A program made the translations under genes and the position numbers. Of a stretch of 64,000 bases of DNA, positions 11,441 to 27,320 are shown one piece after another. The notes beneath the pieces were generated by a model. The model had not been told where the DNA came from, searched no databases, and saw only the letters and a program-made list of their open reading frames with translations. Position 1 is the stretch's first letter. Every line of letters starts with the position of its first letter. This stretch comes from Paraphysomonas bandaiensis (Eukaryota > Protista > Chrysophyceae): the NCBI GenBank assembly GCA_965644295.1, contig CBFFRP010000152.1:124001-188000 (forward strand). The letters are read 5' to 3'.

Positions 11441-14400
11441 TTAATATGCCGGTGAGGGAGGCTTATGTCGCTGTGGTGGTTTGGCTGCATGCGAGGTCAC
11501 AGCTGCTGGTAGATCACGCTCTCTCGCGTCACGCCACTCTGGAATCGAGTTGCCGGCGGGACCACGTCTACTTCGCCCCTCTGTTTCACCACGATTGCTT
11601 TCTGAAGAAGTGTAGCTTGTGTAACGCGTTGTACGCATCTTGGATGACACGGTATGGTCGGTGATACGACCCGTAGACCCCGCCCGTCTCTCTACCTCCC
11701 CCACCTTGTGGCGCCCTTTGGACACCCCAGACTTGTCATCCTCAGGATTTAGAGATCGAGCAACATTCGTATATTTTACTGGAGAGGTCCTGGAGTGTCG
11801 ACCAGGCAATGGATGGACGTATGGTGATTCCGCTCGAAATCTAGATGCTGCGGGAGACCCAGTAGTGGATGCCAATCTGCGAGGAATGCTAGAGGAGCGC
11901 TTACGCGCCTCTACAATGCTTGGAGGCGTTTCGGGATCTCCTGGCCGAGACTTCACCGGGGTGGTATGAGAAACTACAGTCTTATCAATTACACGTCTAG
12001 CTCCAGACTCATCATCGGGTACATGAGATAGAGAAACAGAGGATGGTATAGACACCTCCTTTCCCTCTTCTCCACTAAAAGGGCGGGATGAGCTAAGCTC
12101 CTTACGAAGGGCAGCTCGTTTCTTTCGCTCCGTCTCCAACTGCGTGTCAACATCAATGAGCTCTCTCCTCAGCTGTACAACTGCGCGATCTTTCTCCTTT
12201 ATAAGACGATTGTTTTCGTCTATCTCATTACGTAAGCGACTCACTAATGACTTTGTTTCATTCAATTCTTTCGTCAATGCCTGCTGGACAGTTACATACA
12301 GTTTCAATTGTAAGTATATACAAATCGTATCAACCTGATAAGTGGCCGTGCTTGCCTCTGCTGACTTTTTGCTCGAATCTTCCATCGACTTGATTCTGCG
12401 CAAAGCATCATCTCGGCCTTGTAGAGCCTTTGCAAAGTCCTCCACCATCTTGTCGCACTTCATCCTTCCCTGTCGTTGTAATAGCGAAAGCTGGTTCGTC
12501 AAAGATAGTATCTGAGCAATCAGCACAAGTGAGTGTTTGAATAGAATCAAATGGAGGCTCATACCTGTTGCTGTCCGCTCTGGAGATCGGAGGACATGTG
12601 TTCAAGCTGATGAGAAATTACTTCGCTCACCTGGCCTTTGCTGCCTCTATATACAGAGCACAACTCGTCAACAGAGTACGTGTAGCAGATAAAACTGTTA
12701 AAATACCTGTATAATGCTCTGAGGGTGTCTTCGAGACGCACTCGCAGTTCTGAGCGGTAGGACTCGCCTTGTTTGATCTGTACCAGTAGATCGTCACATT
12801 GACCCTCTAGCAGCTCGATTTCTTCTAGGTAGCACTGGCGAACGAGTGCAATGTCTTTTTCGATCCAACCTATCTCTACCCCAACCGCACTGCTTTTTGA
12901 CTCCTTTAAACCAGCGTGCTGCAGCCTACCATAGAATGATCCATCTGCATATAAACCAAGTAGACCCTTGCGGTATATTGAAACAAGCTCATCTGTCGCC
13001 TGCTGCTTACGCTGATATCGGACAAGCTGCCGCCGAAGATACTCGAAATCCTGATCAGTAGAGGAATTATCTGCGGAAGACCACCGATGATTTAAATGAC
13101 GTGACTCGCGCGAATTGTCTTTAGTCTCGTCGCGATAGACCAACCCTTCAAGTTGAGATACAGAATCTTGCAGTACTGTCCTATGGTGTCGCACTGCATC
13201 AAGCTCTTCTCGTAATGTCTTGACCTCTCTGTTGAGATACTCCACTTCGCTGGAATGCTCCTGCAGGTATTCAGGCATTTACATATAATACGCACATGGC
13301 TCTAACGTACCCTTTTTGAGACATACTCCACCAACTCGGTGTCCACTGTTTCGGAGGATACAGGAGCCACCCTCTGTGGATGCTTTCTTAATCGCTCCAG
13401 CTCTTCAGATAGAGAGGCGATTTCAAGCAGACATTCCTTCTCCTTGCGGTCTGCGCGATCACACTTATCCCTGAGTAGAGCAATCTCCTGCTCCAGATGA
13501 GCAACGTCTTGACTCGGCACCTGCGTCCTGACAACATCCCGCCCTCGAGTCACTCTAAGCTGCTCCTCAAGCTGCCGGATTTCTGCATGTAATCGTTGCA
13601 AGCGGTCCTCATGTATGATCTCAATTCCCTCCAGCTCTCGCTGAAGACGACTGTTCTCACTCTCCAACCGACGCATGTTGGACTCAAACGTGACATGACT
13701 CTGTGGTACCTTTCTAACGACCTCTGTTAGGTTCTTGATCGTCTGAAGTACAGAGGATATCTCTTTTGCACCTAAAGTGTCACTATCTCTGTTTTCGGCG
13801 TCACACTGGTCAGGGCGGCTATTGTCTCCCCTAAATGTCGATACTGAGTCAATGTTCTCAACGCTGGATCTAGAGTCAGAAAGAACTGCACTAGTCTGCA
13901 TAATTCCTGCTACTTCTCTCAAATATTCTGCGGCTTCTAACACCTCTTTTCGTGCCTTACGACCTTCCGCACGCAGAGCCGATGCTCTGCCGGAATTTAG
14001 AGCGAGTTCTCGCTGGGTGCGCTCAAGGAGAATCAGCTGTCGCTGAACATCTTGCTCCGCTCGAAGGCGTCTTTCCCGCTCTGACGAAATAGTTGCCTCC
14101 TTCTGAGTTACGACTGTTTTTAGATCCTCTAGCTGAGACTCCAACTCCTTCACCCGAGACTCTGCCCTCATACACCTACAGCAGTCATGATGAGCTTATG
14201 CACATAGTGTAAGTATAAATAAGCACAAGACGGACACCTGCTCTCCTCCTCTTCCATCAACGCTGTTGTTCCCTCAGCCTGTAGTCGCCAATCCTCCTCA
14301 AGGTTTTGTAGTGCACTCATGGCCGCCATCACCTTCTTGTGTTCTGCAGCATCCCGTTCCAGCTTGTTTTGTAATCGTTGGATCTCTTGAGCTGCCGTGG

Positions 14401-17400
14401 AACTCTCGCGCCGGTAAGTCGTCGCCTCAGAGGTCGCTTGTGAGAGCCTTGATTCCAAAAGATTAACTTTGGACAGTAAATCGGAGTTTTCTGTTCTAAG
14501 GGATTGCAACCGTTCTTCCATCCCCAGCTCCTTCTCTCTGTGGCTACGGTTAATCTCATGAATATCTTTTTCAAGTTCGCGGACTCGATTATTGGCACAC
14601 GCAAGACTGCTAGTTGACCCATCCGTGGAAGATTTAATTTTTTTCTCGAGCTCAGCTTTCTCTTTTTTAATGCGCTCAACGGTAGCCTCCAACCGCTCAA
14701 CTGTATCTTGCTGACGGGAACTTGACACCTTCATAGAACGAATCACTTCCTCTTTCTTGTTGCCAGCATCTCGTGCCTCATCGAGACTTCGCTCCAGCTG
14801 AGCGAATCCTTCTTTCAAATCACCACACTCTGCTTCCAGTTTAACCACCGTACTTTTTAGATTATCAATCTCCGAGTCCTTCTGCTGTATGGATGACAGC
14901 GCCTTGTACAAAGATTTCTTCTCATTATCCATGGTTGAGTTAACTAAATCACGTTCTCTACGCAGTCGCTGCAGCTCTTCTTCAAGTTTTCCCACTTGAG
15001 CTTTGGCTACATCAAAAGTCTGCATTCTCTGCATCATAGACTTCTCCTTTTCATCATGCTGCTTTAGCTTCAGGCGCATCTCGTCCATATCCTGTTGACT
15101 ACTTAGCTTCACGGACTCCAGTTCATGTTGTAGGGAGTGAATTTTATCTTCCATTTGACGTTTATTGCGCCTGTCTTCTCTAGCCCAGCTCCTGAGCTCG
15201 GCTAGTCTCTTCACAGCATGTTCTACCCTTCCCACTATACTACCGGCAGAAGTTTCCACCAGCACTGCATTGGTCAGTGTACTATCAATCTCGCGCACAA
15301 TTAAGTCACTACTAGACCGATTTAGCGATTCAGTGTTAGAATCAGCAGTCGTTCGAGAAGAATCAAATGTGCCATGCAGATGGTCCATTGTAGCACTAAA
15401 GGCCGCGAGCAGTCTTTCAAGTTCAAAACTGGCACGAACATCTTCGTCAGAACTACGGGTGCGAGCCTTTTCCAACGCCATAGATGCCTCAGAGCGAGCA
15501 GATTGCACTTCCATCTGAAGAGCGTTGCGTACATCAATGAGTGAGTCACGTTCAGCCTTTACTCGACCAGCGTCAGAAGACCATTGCTCCACTTGCAACT
15601 CCAGATTAGAGATCTTGGTACGAGCGAATGCCAAGTCGTTAGATGTCGATGAAAGATCGTTACTCAGCTCCTCCTTCTCTGAGCTAAGCAATCGAATGCG
15701 ACCTCGGAGGTCCATGCACAGAACCTCGGCCTCTTTCACAGCTTGTTTGAGCTCGTTTACATTATCTGCAGAGTTTTTCAAGTCGTCTTCCATAGCAAGA
15801 CTCTGTTGCGAATATTCAGCAACCATGTGCTTCAGCTTATCGTTCTCCGCTCTAAATGCGCTTAACTCGGCTTTCGTTTGAGCAACCATCGACTGCTCTC
15901 GATCCAGAGCAGCAGAGAGGTCCTCCGCCTTCAACTGAAGCTTCTGTTTGTCCATCTCCCATGTTTGCTGCATATTTACAAGCTGAACTTCAAGCTTATT
16001 GAGAGTACTATCTTTAGAGGTCAGGGTTGAATAAAGGCCACGAACACCCCGACATAGAGCAGTCACTGTATCAGCAGCTGTAATGATTGCATCTTGCAAT
16101 GGATGAGCGGTAGCAGGGTTATCCACAAGTGCCCTACTGCTTTGTGCGGAGTCACTCTTTACCACTTCTATTTTCGGCACTACTGATGACGCTAGAGACA
16201 TGGCGTTGGAGACATCGTCGGACCCCATGATACCCTCCATGTCGCGACGAATGAGGCGCACCCACTGAGCATACTCCTCCCCCGTGCACAGGGCATTATC
16301 CCGCTCCGTAATCACCGCCTCCAATTCATCACTCAACGAGTCTAGCTCATTCTCCGCAGCAGTAAGACGGGAAAGAAGGGCATCACGCTCTGCTGCAGCA
16401 GACCTGTACTTCTGATCGCACTGATCCAATGATTTCTTGACTTCAGTGAGTTGTAGCTGATATGAGTTGTTCGTCTCTTCTAGTTGGGCAGTTCTTTGCA
16501 AGTGCTCGTCTGCCATAACAATAATTTTTTCAAAATTGTGCTTCAAGTTAGTGAGGTATGACGAAGATGTCGAATCTTCAGAGAATGAGTCGCCGACTCG
16601 AGTAACGGAAATGAGGTCACGAGAGGGTGTGAGGAGAGTTTTAAGAGGAGTTGCAAGAAGGTCAAAGAACTCTGTCCGACCTCTGCTGTCGCCATGAGCG
16701 GGTGTACCCATAACACTCTCGTTCCCACTTCGGCTGACCAAGCCTCGCTTACTGGCAGATAGGACAGCGTCAAGTCGACTTGTAACGGCCTGCATATCCA
16801 GTACGATGCGACCCTCAGCTTGCCCATACTCCTCGACCTCCCTCTCCTTTGCCTTTAGCTGCTGCTGAATCTCGGCAACGCGGTCTGCTTTCAGCTTCAA
16901 TGAAGCCACCTCAGCTTCTAGTGATCGAATTTCTTTATCTTTGGTTAACACCTCTCGTCCTGTCGTCTCCAGCTTACTCTTTAAATGGATAATTTCGCTC
17001 TTCTTATCCAGCAGTTCCGATTCCAAAAGCTCAATTTCATTCCTGGCTTGGGTAAGATCAAATTGAAGCTCATCAGCCTTAGACTCAGCCATGTTAGATG
17101 TATCCATTATGGAATCATTCCTTGAGCGCAAATCCTCCACAACAGCTTCAAGGGCTTGTTTCTCAGAAATTAACTTTCTGCATATACACGAAAAATATAA
17201 TACAATGACATCATAGCACAAGAGCTGTACCTATTCCGGTCTTCAGCTTTAAGCTGCTTAGACGTAGCGGCCCGAACTTCGTTATCTTGGTCACTAATTT
17301 GCTGCCTGGCTTCATCAAGGAATTGTGATAGGTCCGCGACCTTGTCCTCAAGCTGAACACACTTTTGCGCGCTTTGCTCTAGTAAGCTTTCCGTACTATT

Positions 17401-20400
17401 AAGCTTGGACAGACACTCTTCGAATTCTGAATCTGCATCCCGGAGTCTGGCTGAGAGAGCCTCAATCTTGTTATCTCTATTCGCGACATCATCTTCTAAC
17501 CCTCGCAACTGAGCCTTTTGATCCGTCACAACTTCCTGTAGGTCCTTAATTTTTCCACCTTTCAATTCAAGCTCCCCGTACAGTTCAGTTTGAAGTCGCT
17601 CCCATTGCTGCTGCTTCTCCGACAGAGCTCGTTGCGATTTCTCCAGCTCGTTCTGCATATCCGCCTTCTGCCGCTCCAGCTGAAGAATATTCGCTCTAAG
17701 AGTGGAGGCAAAGCTCTCAGCTACATCTGCTCGCGCCGTTTCAGCGTCTATTTCGCGTTTCTGTGCCTCACTCTGACGCTGTGCAGCCTCCATCTCCATC
17801 TCCAGCTGTCCCTGTAAAGATTCATTGAGACTAGTTAACCGGGATATGGTGCGTCCATGGGCGCTTATCTCCTCCTGCATCTCCCGAATTTTAGTCTGAT
17901 AACCTCTCAGCTCATCCTCAACTCTGTCGTTCCTGGCCTCCTCCATCTCATGCGCTTCTTCTACAGCTTCAAGTAGCGCTGTCTCTTTTTCCTCCACCTC
18001 AAGTTCTAGGGCAGCACATTTTTCTATATACGTTTGTAACTCCTGCTCCAGCATACGGAACCGAATCTTCATAGTACTCGACTGTGCACCCGCTGAGCTA
18101 GCAGCCTTCACATCACCCAAGAGTTTAGCATTCACAAGACGGAAGTGATCAACAAGAGTAATAAGGCGTGCATTTTCCTCCTGCAAAAATGCCATTCCTT
18201 TCGTTGCTTTCGCAAATGTCTTGGCGCCTTGGGCAGACATCTCAAGGGCCCGCTTCTCCGTTACTTCGAACCGTTCAGCCAACCGCGTAAACTCTTCTAG
18301 AATAGTAACTGCTGTGTGCGAATCCGCATCGATGGAACTCTCCCGATCAACATCTTTCTCTCTTTCTCTGCCCCCTCCAACTGGAAGAGGCTCTGTATTC
18401 CTATTGAGTACAGCCTCCAGTCTGTGCTGAAGCTCAGTCATTTCCAACTGCTTCCGCTCCGCTGCAAGTTCCAACGTGCGAATGTTCTCTCTACACGTCG
18501 CTATTGTGGACTGCATTTCATCCCTACTGGCATTCCACCTCTGTTTCTCCCGATGCAACTCTGCATTGTCTTCCTTTAGGAGTCTTAACTCTCTATCTCT
18601 TTGGTTCCCAACACTAAGCAGTGAGTTAATCTTGAGAGAGACGCCCTCCACCCGCTCCGTGTACCTCTGCGTCCACTGATCCACAGTCGATTCGAATGAC
18701 GAAACCTGATGCTCGAACCGGCGCTGCATATACGTAGCCTCGTCTGACATATGCACCATAGACCGCTTCACCGCATCTTTGCCCTGGAGGTCCAGTCTCA
18801 ATGCTTGCTCTTGCTGCGACAAACATTCCCGTAAAGACTCGTTGTCTTCTTCCAGATCGATTAAATGCCTGCGCAAATCCTCTATTGTAGCCTCCTTCGC
18901 GGCGATAATATTGTCACTTTCATGAAGCTGTTCACGCAAGACCCGGCTGTTGCCCTCTGATACCTCTTGGGCCTTATGATGCGTTGTCTGATACACAGCC
19001 AGAGTCTGGTCTGAGTCTGCCAAGCGCTTTCGAAGCACTTCAACCTCTTGCTGAAGCACATCACACCTACTCGTCTCTTGATTCAATCGTAAAGTCGTCT
19101 CCTGTAGCTCCTGACTCAGGGATCCACCTTGCGCTTGCACTTCTCGCAGCAACTCCTCAGTGGTATTGTCTTTCTCATTAATTACCATGAGTAAATGCCG
19201 CAACTGTTTATTCATATCCTGCTCCGCTAATAGCTTTCTCAATCTTTCGTCCAGCAGAAGTTCAGCTTCTTTTTTATTGTCTTCCATGCGCTGTATTAAG
19301 TCCCGTAAACTCTCGGCAGTTCGTTCCTTCTCCATCAGCTGAGCCTGAAGCTCCGCTTCTACCCGCAGATCACGGGCACGCATTTCGCAGAGCTCGTCGG
19401 TTTTGGCTGTGACGGTAGCACGCAAACGGGCAACTTCTTTAGCTAAATCATCTGCTCGAGCAGATTTGTGCAATAGTTTCGTCTCAAGGGCAGAGTTAAT
19501 GGATTTCAACTCTGACATTTCTTGCTCCAGTGCATTCAGGCGAGCATTGATTTTGTCCGCCCTGGATTCCGCTCTCGCAATAGTTCCAGGTGTTTCACGT
19601 GCTAGGGCAACAGAGCTATTCATCACACTGAGGGCATTTGTCTTTTCCTCAATAGATTCCCGAAGCTTTGCGTTTTGTTGCTGCATTGAGTCAACCAACT
19701 CACTGGATGCACGAAGCTGAGCATTAAGGTCGTCGATCTGTTTCTCTCTCTCGATGACCTTGGCATTTGCCTCGTCCAGAGAATGTATCAGTGACTGTTC
19801 TCGGTTACTTGCTTCAATTGACTTCAGCGTTGCCTCCTGAAGAGAGCCATCACGTTCACTCACCATCCCCTCTAACTGCGCAACCTTTTCGAGGAGAGCG
19901 CGTTTGTGGTCCTGCAGAGATTTACACCGTGCCTTTTCATCTGACAAAGAGTCTTGAAGTGACTGGAGATGACAAATTTGAACCTGAACTTTTTTCTCCA
20001 TCGCCTGAAGTATACGATCATGATCGTCCATAGAGTGCGAGCGCATAGACGGCGACATCTGTCGAGGAGACCCTGGAAGGCTAGAAGTCGGGCTCGTCTG
20101 CATGGATTTCGTGAAGAGATCTTTCATGCGCCGTATAGTACTATCCTTGTTCATACCACTTTCCGTGAGCATCTCTACTTGCTTTTGAAGGTCTGCTATC
20201 TGCACGCGAAGAGACTCTAGCTCACTTGCCATAGCATGACTTTCGTCGTCAATACCACCACGATTAGACAGTGCAAGCTCAAGCTCACTGTTCTGGACCT
20301 CGAGCTGCTCAATACGGCCTCCAAGTCGCTGAAGCTCTGTCAAGCTGCCATCTTCCCCTGACTGATCTGCAACCTTTGCCCTGAGTTCAGCCACATGCGC

Positions 20401-22884
20401 CTCTAAATGTACTATTTGATCCTGCGCCAGATCAACTGCTGCTTGCTTGTCATCTATCTCTCTTCTATGCTCTTCCTTGTGATTAGCAATCAGTAGATCC
20501 TTCTCAGCGATTAAAGATTTCAGAGAGGCAACATCGTTCTCTAAATCTGTAACGCGGTTACTCCACTCGTCCTCAACACGCCGCCTGGATTCAGCTTCCC
20601 TTGCGAATTCATCTTCTTTACTTACCAGCAGACATTCTCTATCGTCCACTTGAAATCGCAGCTCTCGCACGGCTTGTTCCAACTCCCTTATTTTAGCCTT
20701 GTGTTCTTCATCTGCGCCATGGGATTTCGCATGAACTGCCGCTAATTCCTCTGCGACCACACCCTTGTATCTAAGAAGTTCATCAATCTCTACTTCCTTC
20801 TTTCTAAGCATTAGTTCCATTTCATTTTTTTCTGTCTGGTAAACCTGAAGCTCCTCTGCAAGCTTACTCATTTCTGCTCCCTGTAGCTGCAATGCTTGCT
20901 CTAAGTTCCCTATCTCTGCGTCCCGTTCAGCAATAATGTCCGAGAACGACTGCTTCTCGAACTCAAGTGTCTCATAGTCTCGCGAAACATCCTCCAGCTG
21001 AACTCTCAGTCTATTTATTTCTCTATCATACTCCCTCACACGGTCCTCGTAGGTACTCTGAAGATGAGCACTGCTAGAGGCTGTACTGGAGAGAAGGTCG
21101 TCAACCTCCCTACGTGCCTTCGCTTCGGCCTCCCGAAGTACATCGCATTCGTTCTGAAGTGCCACGACAGTAGCATCCCTCTCGACCAATCGCTGAATTA
21201 AATATAACCCTATTCACTGGATAAAATAAAAATTACGTACATTATTCGCTGCCTCAATCTGACTCTTTAACTCCTGCAACGCATCCACCGTTTGCTCGTG
21301 GCTTTCCTCTTGCAATTCTTTTAACAAGGCCTGTAGGTTTTCCACCTCCCGCTCAAGTCTTATTTTTTCGTCTTCTACAACCGCTAATGCTGCCTCAGAT
21401 TTTTCTAACCTCTCAACAAGACCTGTAACAGTTTCTTCGTACTGTTCCCATTCCTTTTCCTGCAGATCAAGGTGATTCTTCATATAAGTGCTGAGGACAA
21501 CCTTGCTGCGAGGTGTAGTCGCATCAGGTATGCTCATAGCCGTATCTACCCCTCCTTCTCTTCTGGCCTCTGCCTCATTGAGGCGACCTCGGACGTCCTC
21601 TAACTCCTCCCTTAGAGCAGTGCTGGACTGGACACTTTCTGCCTGTAACTGCTGTATCTGGGCGCGACTCTCTCCTAGCTCGCGCTCCAGCGATGTTATA
21701 GTAGCACCTTTTTGCTCTGTTGCCTCACTGAGAAGGTCATATTCGTGCTCAGAATCATGCAGCTGAGTTTCCAAACTCTCAATAGTGCGCTCCAATTGCT
21801 GCACTCGCTCACGGTCACCACCCTGTTCGTTGAGAGTGAGTACCAGCCGTTCTTCCAGCTCCCTAGAGCGCTCATTGGCTTCTAAGCACATCTATATACC
21901 ACAATCAAGATTACACATTATATATTACGAACGCAACTAGAAGCACCTGTTCCATGTCTCGAAGTTCGTCTTGCACTCTACTATAGTCAGTACGGAGGAT
22001 TTCCCATTGGGCCTTCTCTTCCAATAGAGCATCACGCTCAGCTGTCATCACATCCAACTGTTCCGCAATTGCATTGAAAGTTTCTTCATAGCCCTCCCAT
22101 TCAGACTCCTGTAGGTCAAGCTGATTCTTCATATATACCTAGTACCCGTGAACATAACCGCACACAAACATTGCTGACATTTCACACCTTTAGAACATGT
22201 TTGCTATGAGGTGTGGCCTCAGAGGAGGAGAGAATACGCAGACGGTCCTCCTCTTCATCTTGGTTATCCTCCATGTCTCCACCTGGTACTGGAGAAAATA
22301 TTATCTTTTTGGCATAGGGTATTGTGGAAGTGTGCTCCGTCTCAGCCTCCAGATGGCCCTCCACGTCCTAACTCCAGATAAAAAACAGCAGCAAGATATA
22401 GTTTACGCTCACATGTAACAGTTTGGTGATAACAGGAATTCGTTCTTTCGCATCGCTCGATATTTCTTCGTGGTTGAGGTCATTAAGTTCGAAGAGTGCG
22501 CGTCGGATTGCATCCACAGCCTCGTCGGACTGAATCGAACTGGGAGCAGAGACCTCAGACGACACCGCCTGTCGTTGTGGGGACGAATACCCTTTTAACT
22601 TACGTTTTTTATCACTATAAGATTGACCCTGAAATCACAATATCATGATAAAAGGGAGAATTGATATCAATATCATACCAATATTCCTCCCTCTGCCAAT
22701 GCAGTGCTATAACTCATATCTACTTCACCATTTCCCTTATCATCATCTTCTGTGTGTTTAATTGGACGAGATTTTTCAGCAGAATATAATCGAAGCTGTT
22801 ATATTGTTAGTATATAATGTATTATATTTAATGAGATCAGGATACCAATTCTTCAGCGTCTTTTTTTGCTGCAGGTGAAGCCAT
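11441..22884 (-). CDS. Giant multi-exon coiled-coil protein (roughly 3,500-3,600 aa, estimated) with a Ser/Pro/Arg-rich disordered C-terminus; possibly a centrosomal, basal-body or rootlet scaffold
   Basis: Successive minus-strand E/K/L/Q-rich ORFs (22368-22565, 22182-22364, 21911-22132, 21214-21891, 17170-21189, 14168-17221, 13302-14171, 12559-13278, 11441-12562) are separated by ~50-bp GT-AG introns. The likely start is ATG at 22884 (MASPAAKKDAEEL/gt). No catalytic domain was recognised. Confidence 0.75.
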
Positions 22885-23498
22885 AAGGAAATAATTTGAA
22901 TACTAACTACTTATTACTTAAATATAAAGTATAGTGTTAGTTTATTAATCTCATTAACAATATTGAATCCATGGGTATGGATAGAGCATTTCTAATGAGT
23001 TTAATCTGATGTAATAAATTCAAATGATGCATGCAGGATGCAACAAAATCATGCTTGCAATGCCCATATATATATATATACATGTATACCAGGTATACTC
23101 TATGGATGTATGTACTACCAACAGGATCCTCAACATGCATACGTACAGATATGACATTTGTATACAGCGATCTCTTCTACAACACTCTGACGGATCCACA
23201 CACATACACATCCAACCACCCTACATACAGAGTTCGTACGAAGATCATGATTTTTTCTTGCAAACCACTGCCCCAAATATACAGTATATTCCGTAAGATT
23301 TATACCCGGATATTTAACCGGTTTAGGTAACCCGTAAAGAATTATATGAATGAAGGTAAGAAAAAAAACATATGTTTGTTTCTGGACAGCAAAATACGTA
23401 CATATTGACATGGTTAATCTTCACATACACCGCAAGTTTAGTAGTAAGACTGACTTTAATAGATATTCATATATAAACATATTAGTTTATTATAAAAG

Positions 23499-25177
23499 AT
23501 GTCACAAGCAGCATCAGGTACAAGACAAGAAAAAGCTAGATTACTTGCTGCATCTATTAAAAGTTATGATGAAGAAAATAAAAGATTAATTAATGATGAT
23601 GATGATGATGATGATGAAGAAGAGGAAAAAGATGATGTATGATATATAGAAATATTATTATATATGTTATTAATGTGAATATAGGGATCTACTCTTATTA
23701 TAGCGTTTCTCCTTATGCTTGTTTTCAGTTTAGGGAATCGTATATTTGGAAAGTTAGTTACTGTAAGTCCCTTTTATTGATCTGTTATTTGTCTGATTCA
23801 TATATGCAGTATCCGATGCACAATTATCCTCTTTATATGAACTTGCTCTGTACTGGGCTCTATGTACCTATGTGTTTTCTATATATTGCCCCAGTTCAGC
23901 TATTCACGAATCGCATAACGAAGGAGACGACCGGTATTCCGAAGTCTAATTTTGCAGTAATGGGATGTCTAGACTCTCTTTCCAGTATCATGGCTGTATT
24001 TGCTGTAAACTATATTTCGAATGCATCTCTGATTGTGTTAGTTCAGCAGTCTGCCATTCCTATTTCTATGCTTATATCTAAGATTACACTCAATGCTCGA
24101 TACACTCATTCGCAATATATCGGCGCCGGTGTAGTACTCAGTGGCATTGTACTTGTTCTGTTGCCAACATTTTTCACCACTGGTACAACCACTCCTGGAG
24201 AGTCTAATGAAGTTCTTTGGTTGGTTTTATTAGTTATATCCTGTGTGCCGATGTGTTTGAGCAGTGTCTACAAGGAGAAGGCTCTGGGTGAGGTCGACAT
24301 CGATGTGGTATATCTAAACGGTTGGGTAGCGATATTCCAGACGATATGTGCGATACCTCTCTGCCTTCCTTCTGCCACTGTGACTGGTCTTGCTGTAACA
24401 GACATCTTGCCCAATCTGTATGGTGGCCTGATGTGTTCCTTTGGTGTCAACACAGTCACAGAGGCTACCTCTAGTCTGCATGTTGATGAGTGCTCCAGTG
24501 GTCCCCTCTTCGTTTCAATTTACCTATTTTTCAATATTTTCTACAATCTCTTGATCGTGATCATTCTAAAGCATGGCTCTGCCAACATTCTCTGGATGGC
24601 TTCCACTGTTATTGTGCCTCTTAGCAATGTGGCATTCTCACTCAAGATCACTCCCGGCCATAAGCCACTCAATACAATGGATATAGTAGGCCTGGTGGTG
24701 ATTATGTCCGGACTTGTAGTGTATCGATTCACCGCACAACTCCAGGGTCTGTGGATGTCTATTACTCAGACACTCACTGCGGAAGAGGCGGCTATCCGCA
24801 AGCTTGCGAAGCGTATTGGTATGCGGTCTGAGAAGAAACAAACAAAGCTGATCGGACTCAATCAGATTGAGGCATTGAATGCGATGATCGATTCCCGTGT
24901 AATGACCGCACAGAGAGCGCAACTATTTCGGTCTCCGGCTCAGGTTCGAGGAGAGCTTCTTCTGAAGCTAGGAATTCCGCCTTCCCCAATGATTTCTCTC
25001 GGCCCAGCTGGAAGGTATCAGGATCTTAAGAGTGAAGCCAGACAGCCTGCATTCTCTCCCCAGATGATGCCAAAGTTCAAGTCTCCCAGAGCCGCAAGAA
25101 ATGCCCAGAGGAATGCTGCAGGAAGCTCCAGAACTGCAGGAATTGCACTGCAACAGCAGCGACCCAACGAAGTGTAG
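23499..25177 (+). CDS. CRT-like (chloroquine-resistance-transporter family, DMT superfamily) membrane transporter
   Basis: Spliced model: MSQAASG...DDDDDDDEEEEKDD / GSTLIIAFLLMLVFSLGNRIFGKLVT / YPMHNYP... It has about ten hydrophobic segments and family-type motifs FAVMGCLDS, LVQQSAIPISM, SCVPMCLSSVYKE, YLNGWVAIFQ, FNIFYNLL, KHGSAN. Confidence 0.85.
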
Positions 25178-25626
25178 CTTATCGTTATAAATTAACGGAT
25201 CGATGAATTTGCTCTAGTTGAATTGCAGGTTGCATAGTATGTAGCTATGTAGTAGTAGGTTGCCGTGCTTTCAGTACATGAAAACATATCGTAGCATGCT
25301 CTGTTTGTGGCATGATTCATTTCTTCGAATTGTTAAATTATTAATATAATTATATTTTAGAAGTGGGAGAATTAGAGCAGCTAGAGTTTATATATGGAGC
25401 AAAGAGCAAACGTACACCGAGAGTAAGAAGAATCGTAACATAGAAACACCGACTGAATATTCCAAATTTCTATCCCTTGTCAACAGTGCTGCATGAGCAT
25501 TCAAATATTTGAATATTCGTAAAAGCAATATATAATTTGATGGTTGGTAAATTTGTAATTAATTATACATAATTCTTTATAGTCATATCACGGAAATTTC
25601 AAAACACAACTACCCATTACATAGGT

Positions 25627-26927
<1,301 letters not shown>

Positions 26928-27183
26928 TTATAACTCAGTTATGAGACTATCATGTATGAATATACTCACTCCGATGAGATGAGGGTGATTCTAATAATGA
27001 ATGGAACTGAGACCACATCAACAAAAACAAAACAAAAAACTGAAAAAAAATCAAGTTTACAAGATTGGATCATTTTCAGTTTGACTGTATAAGATATTTA
27101 ATCCTTCAGTTTCTATTTTTGTAACTGCCAAGAGTGGAAAAGGATGTTTACTATACTATAAAACGAAGTGAAAAGGCTTTAGT

Positions 27184-27240
27184 GTATGTATGTATGTATA
27201 TATGTATGTATGTATATGTATGTATGTCTATATGTACATG
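27184..27240. repeat. (TATG)n microsatellite in the KRR1/dynein divergent intergenic region
   Basis: Sequence reads gtatgtatgtatgtatatatgtatgtatgtatatgtatgtatgtc. Confidence 0.9.
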
Positions 27241-27320
27241 TCTACATTGAATTTACTATAGTATTAAAGGGGTGAATTGTCATATATATTACACGACATT
27301 TGCATAATATTATTATTGCA

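Noticed and set aside
22937-23411. Short ORFs between the coiled-coil and CRT-like genes
   Set aside because: They are low-complexity translations of a TA/ATGC-rich promoter region.
23639-23808. ORF-track N-terminus (MIYRNIII...) of the CRT-like gene
   Set aside because: It reads through introns. The spliced model starting at 23499 restores family-like sequence.
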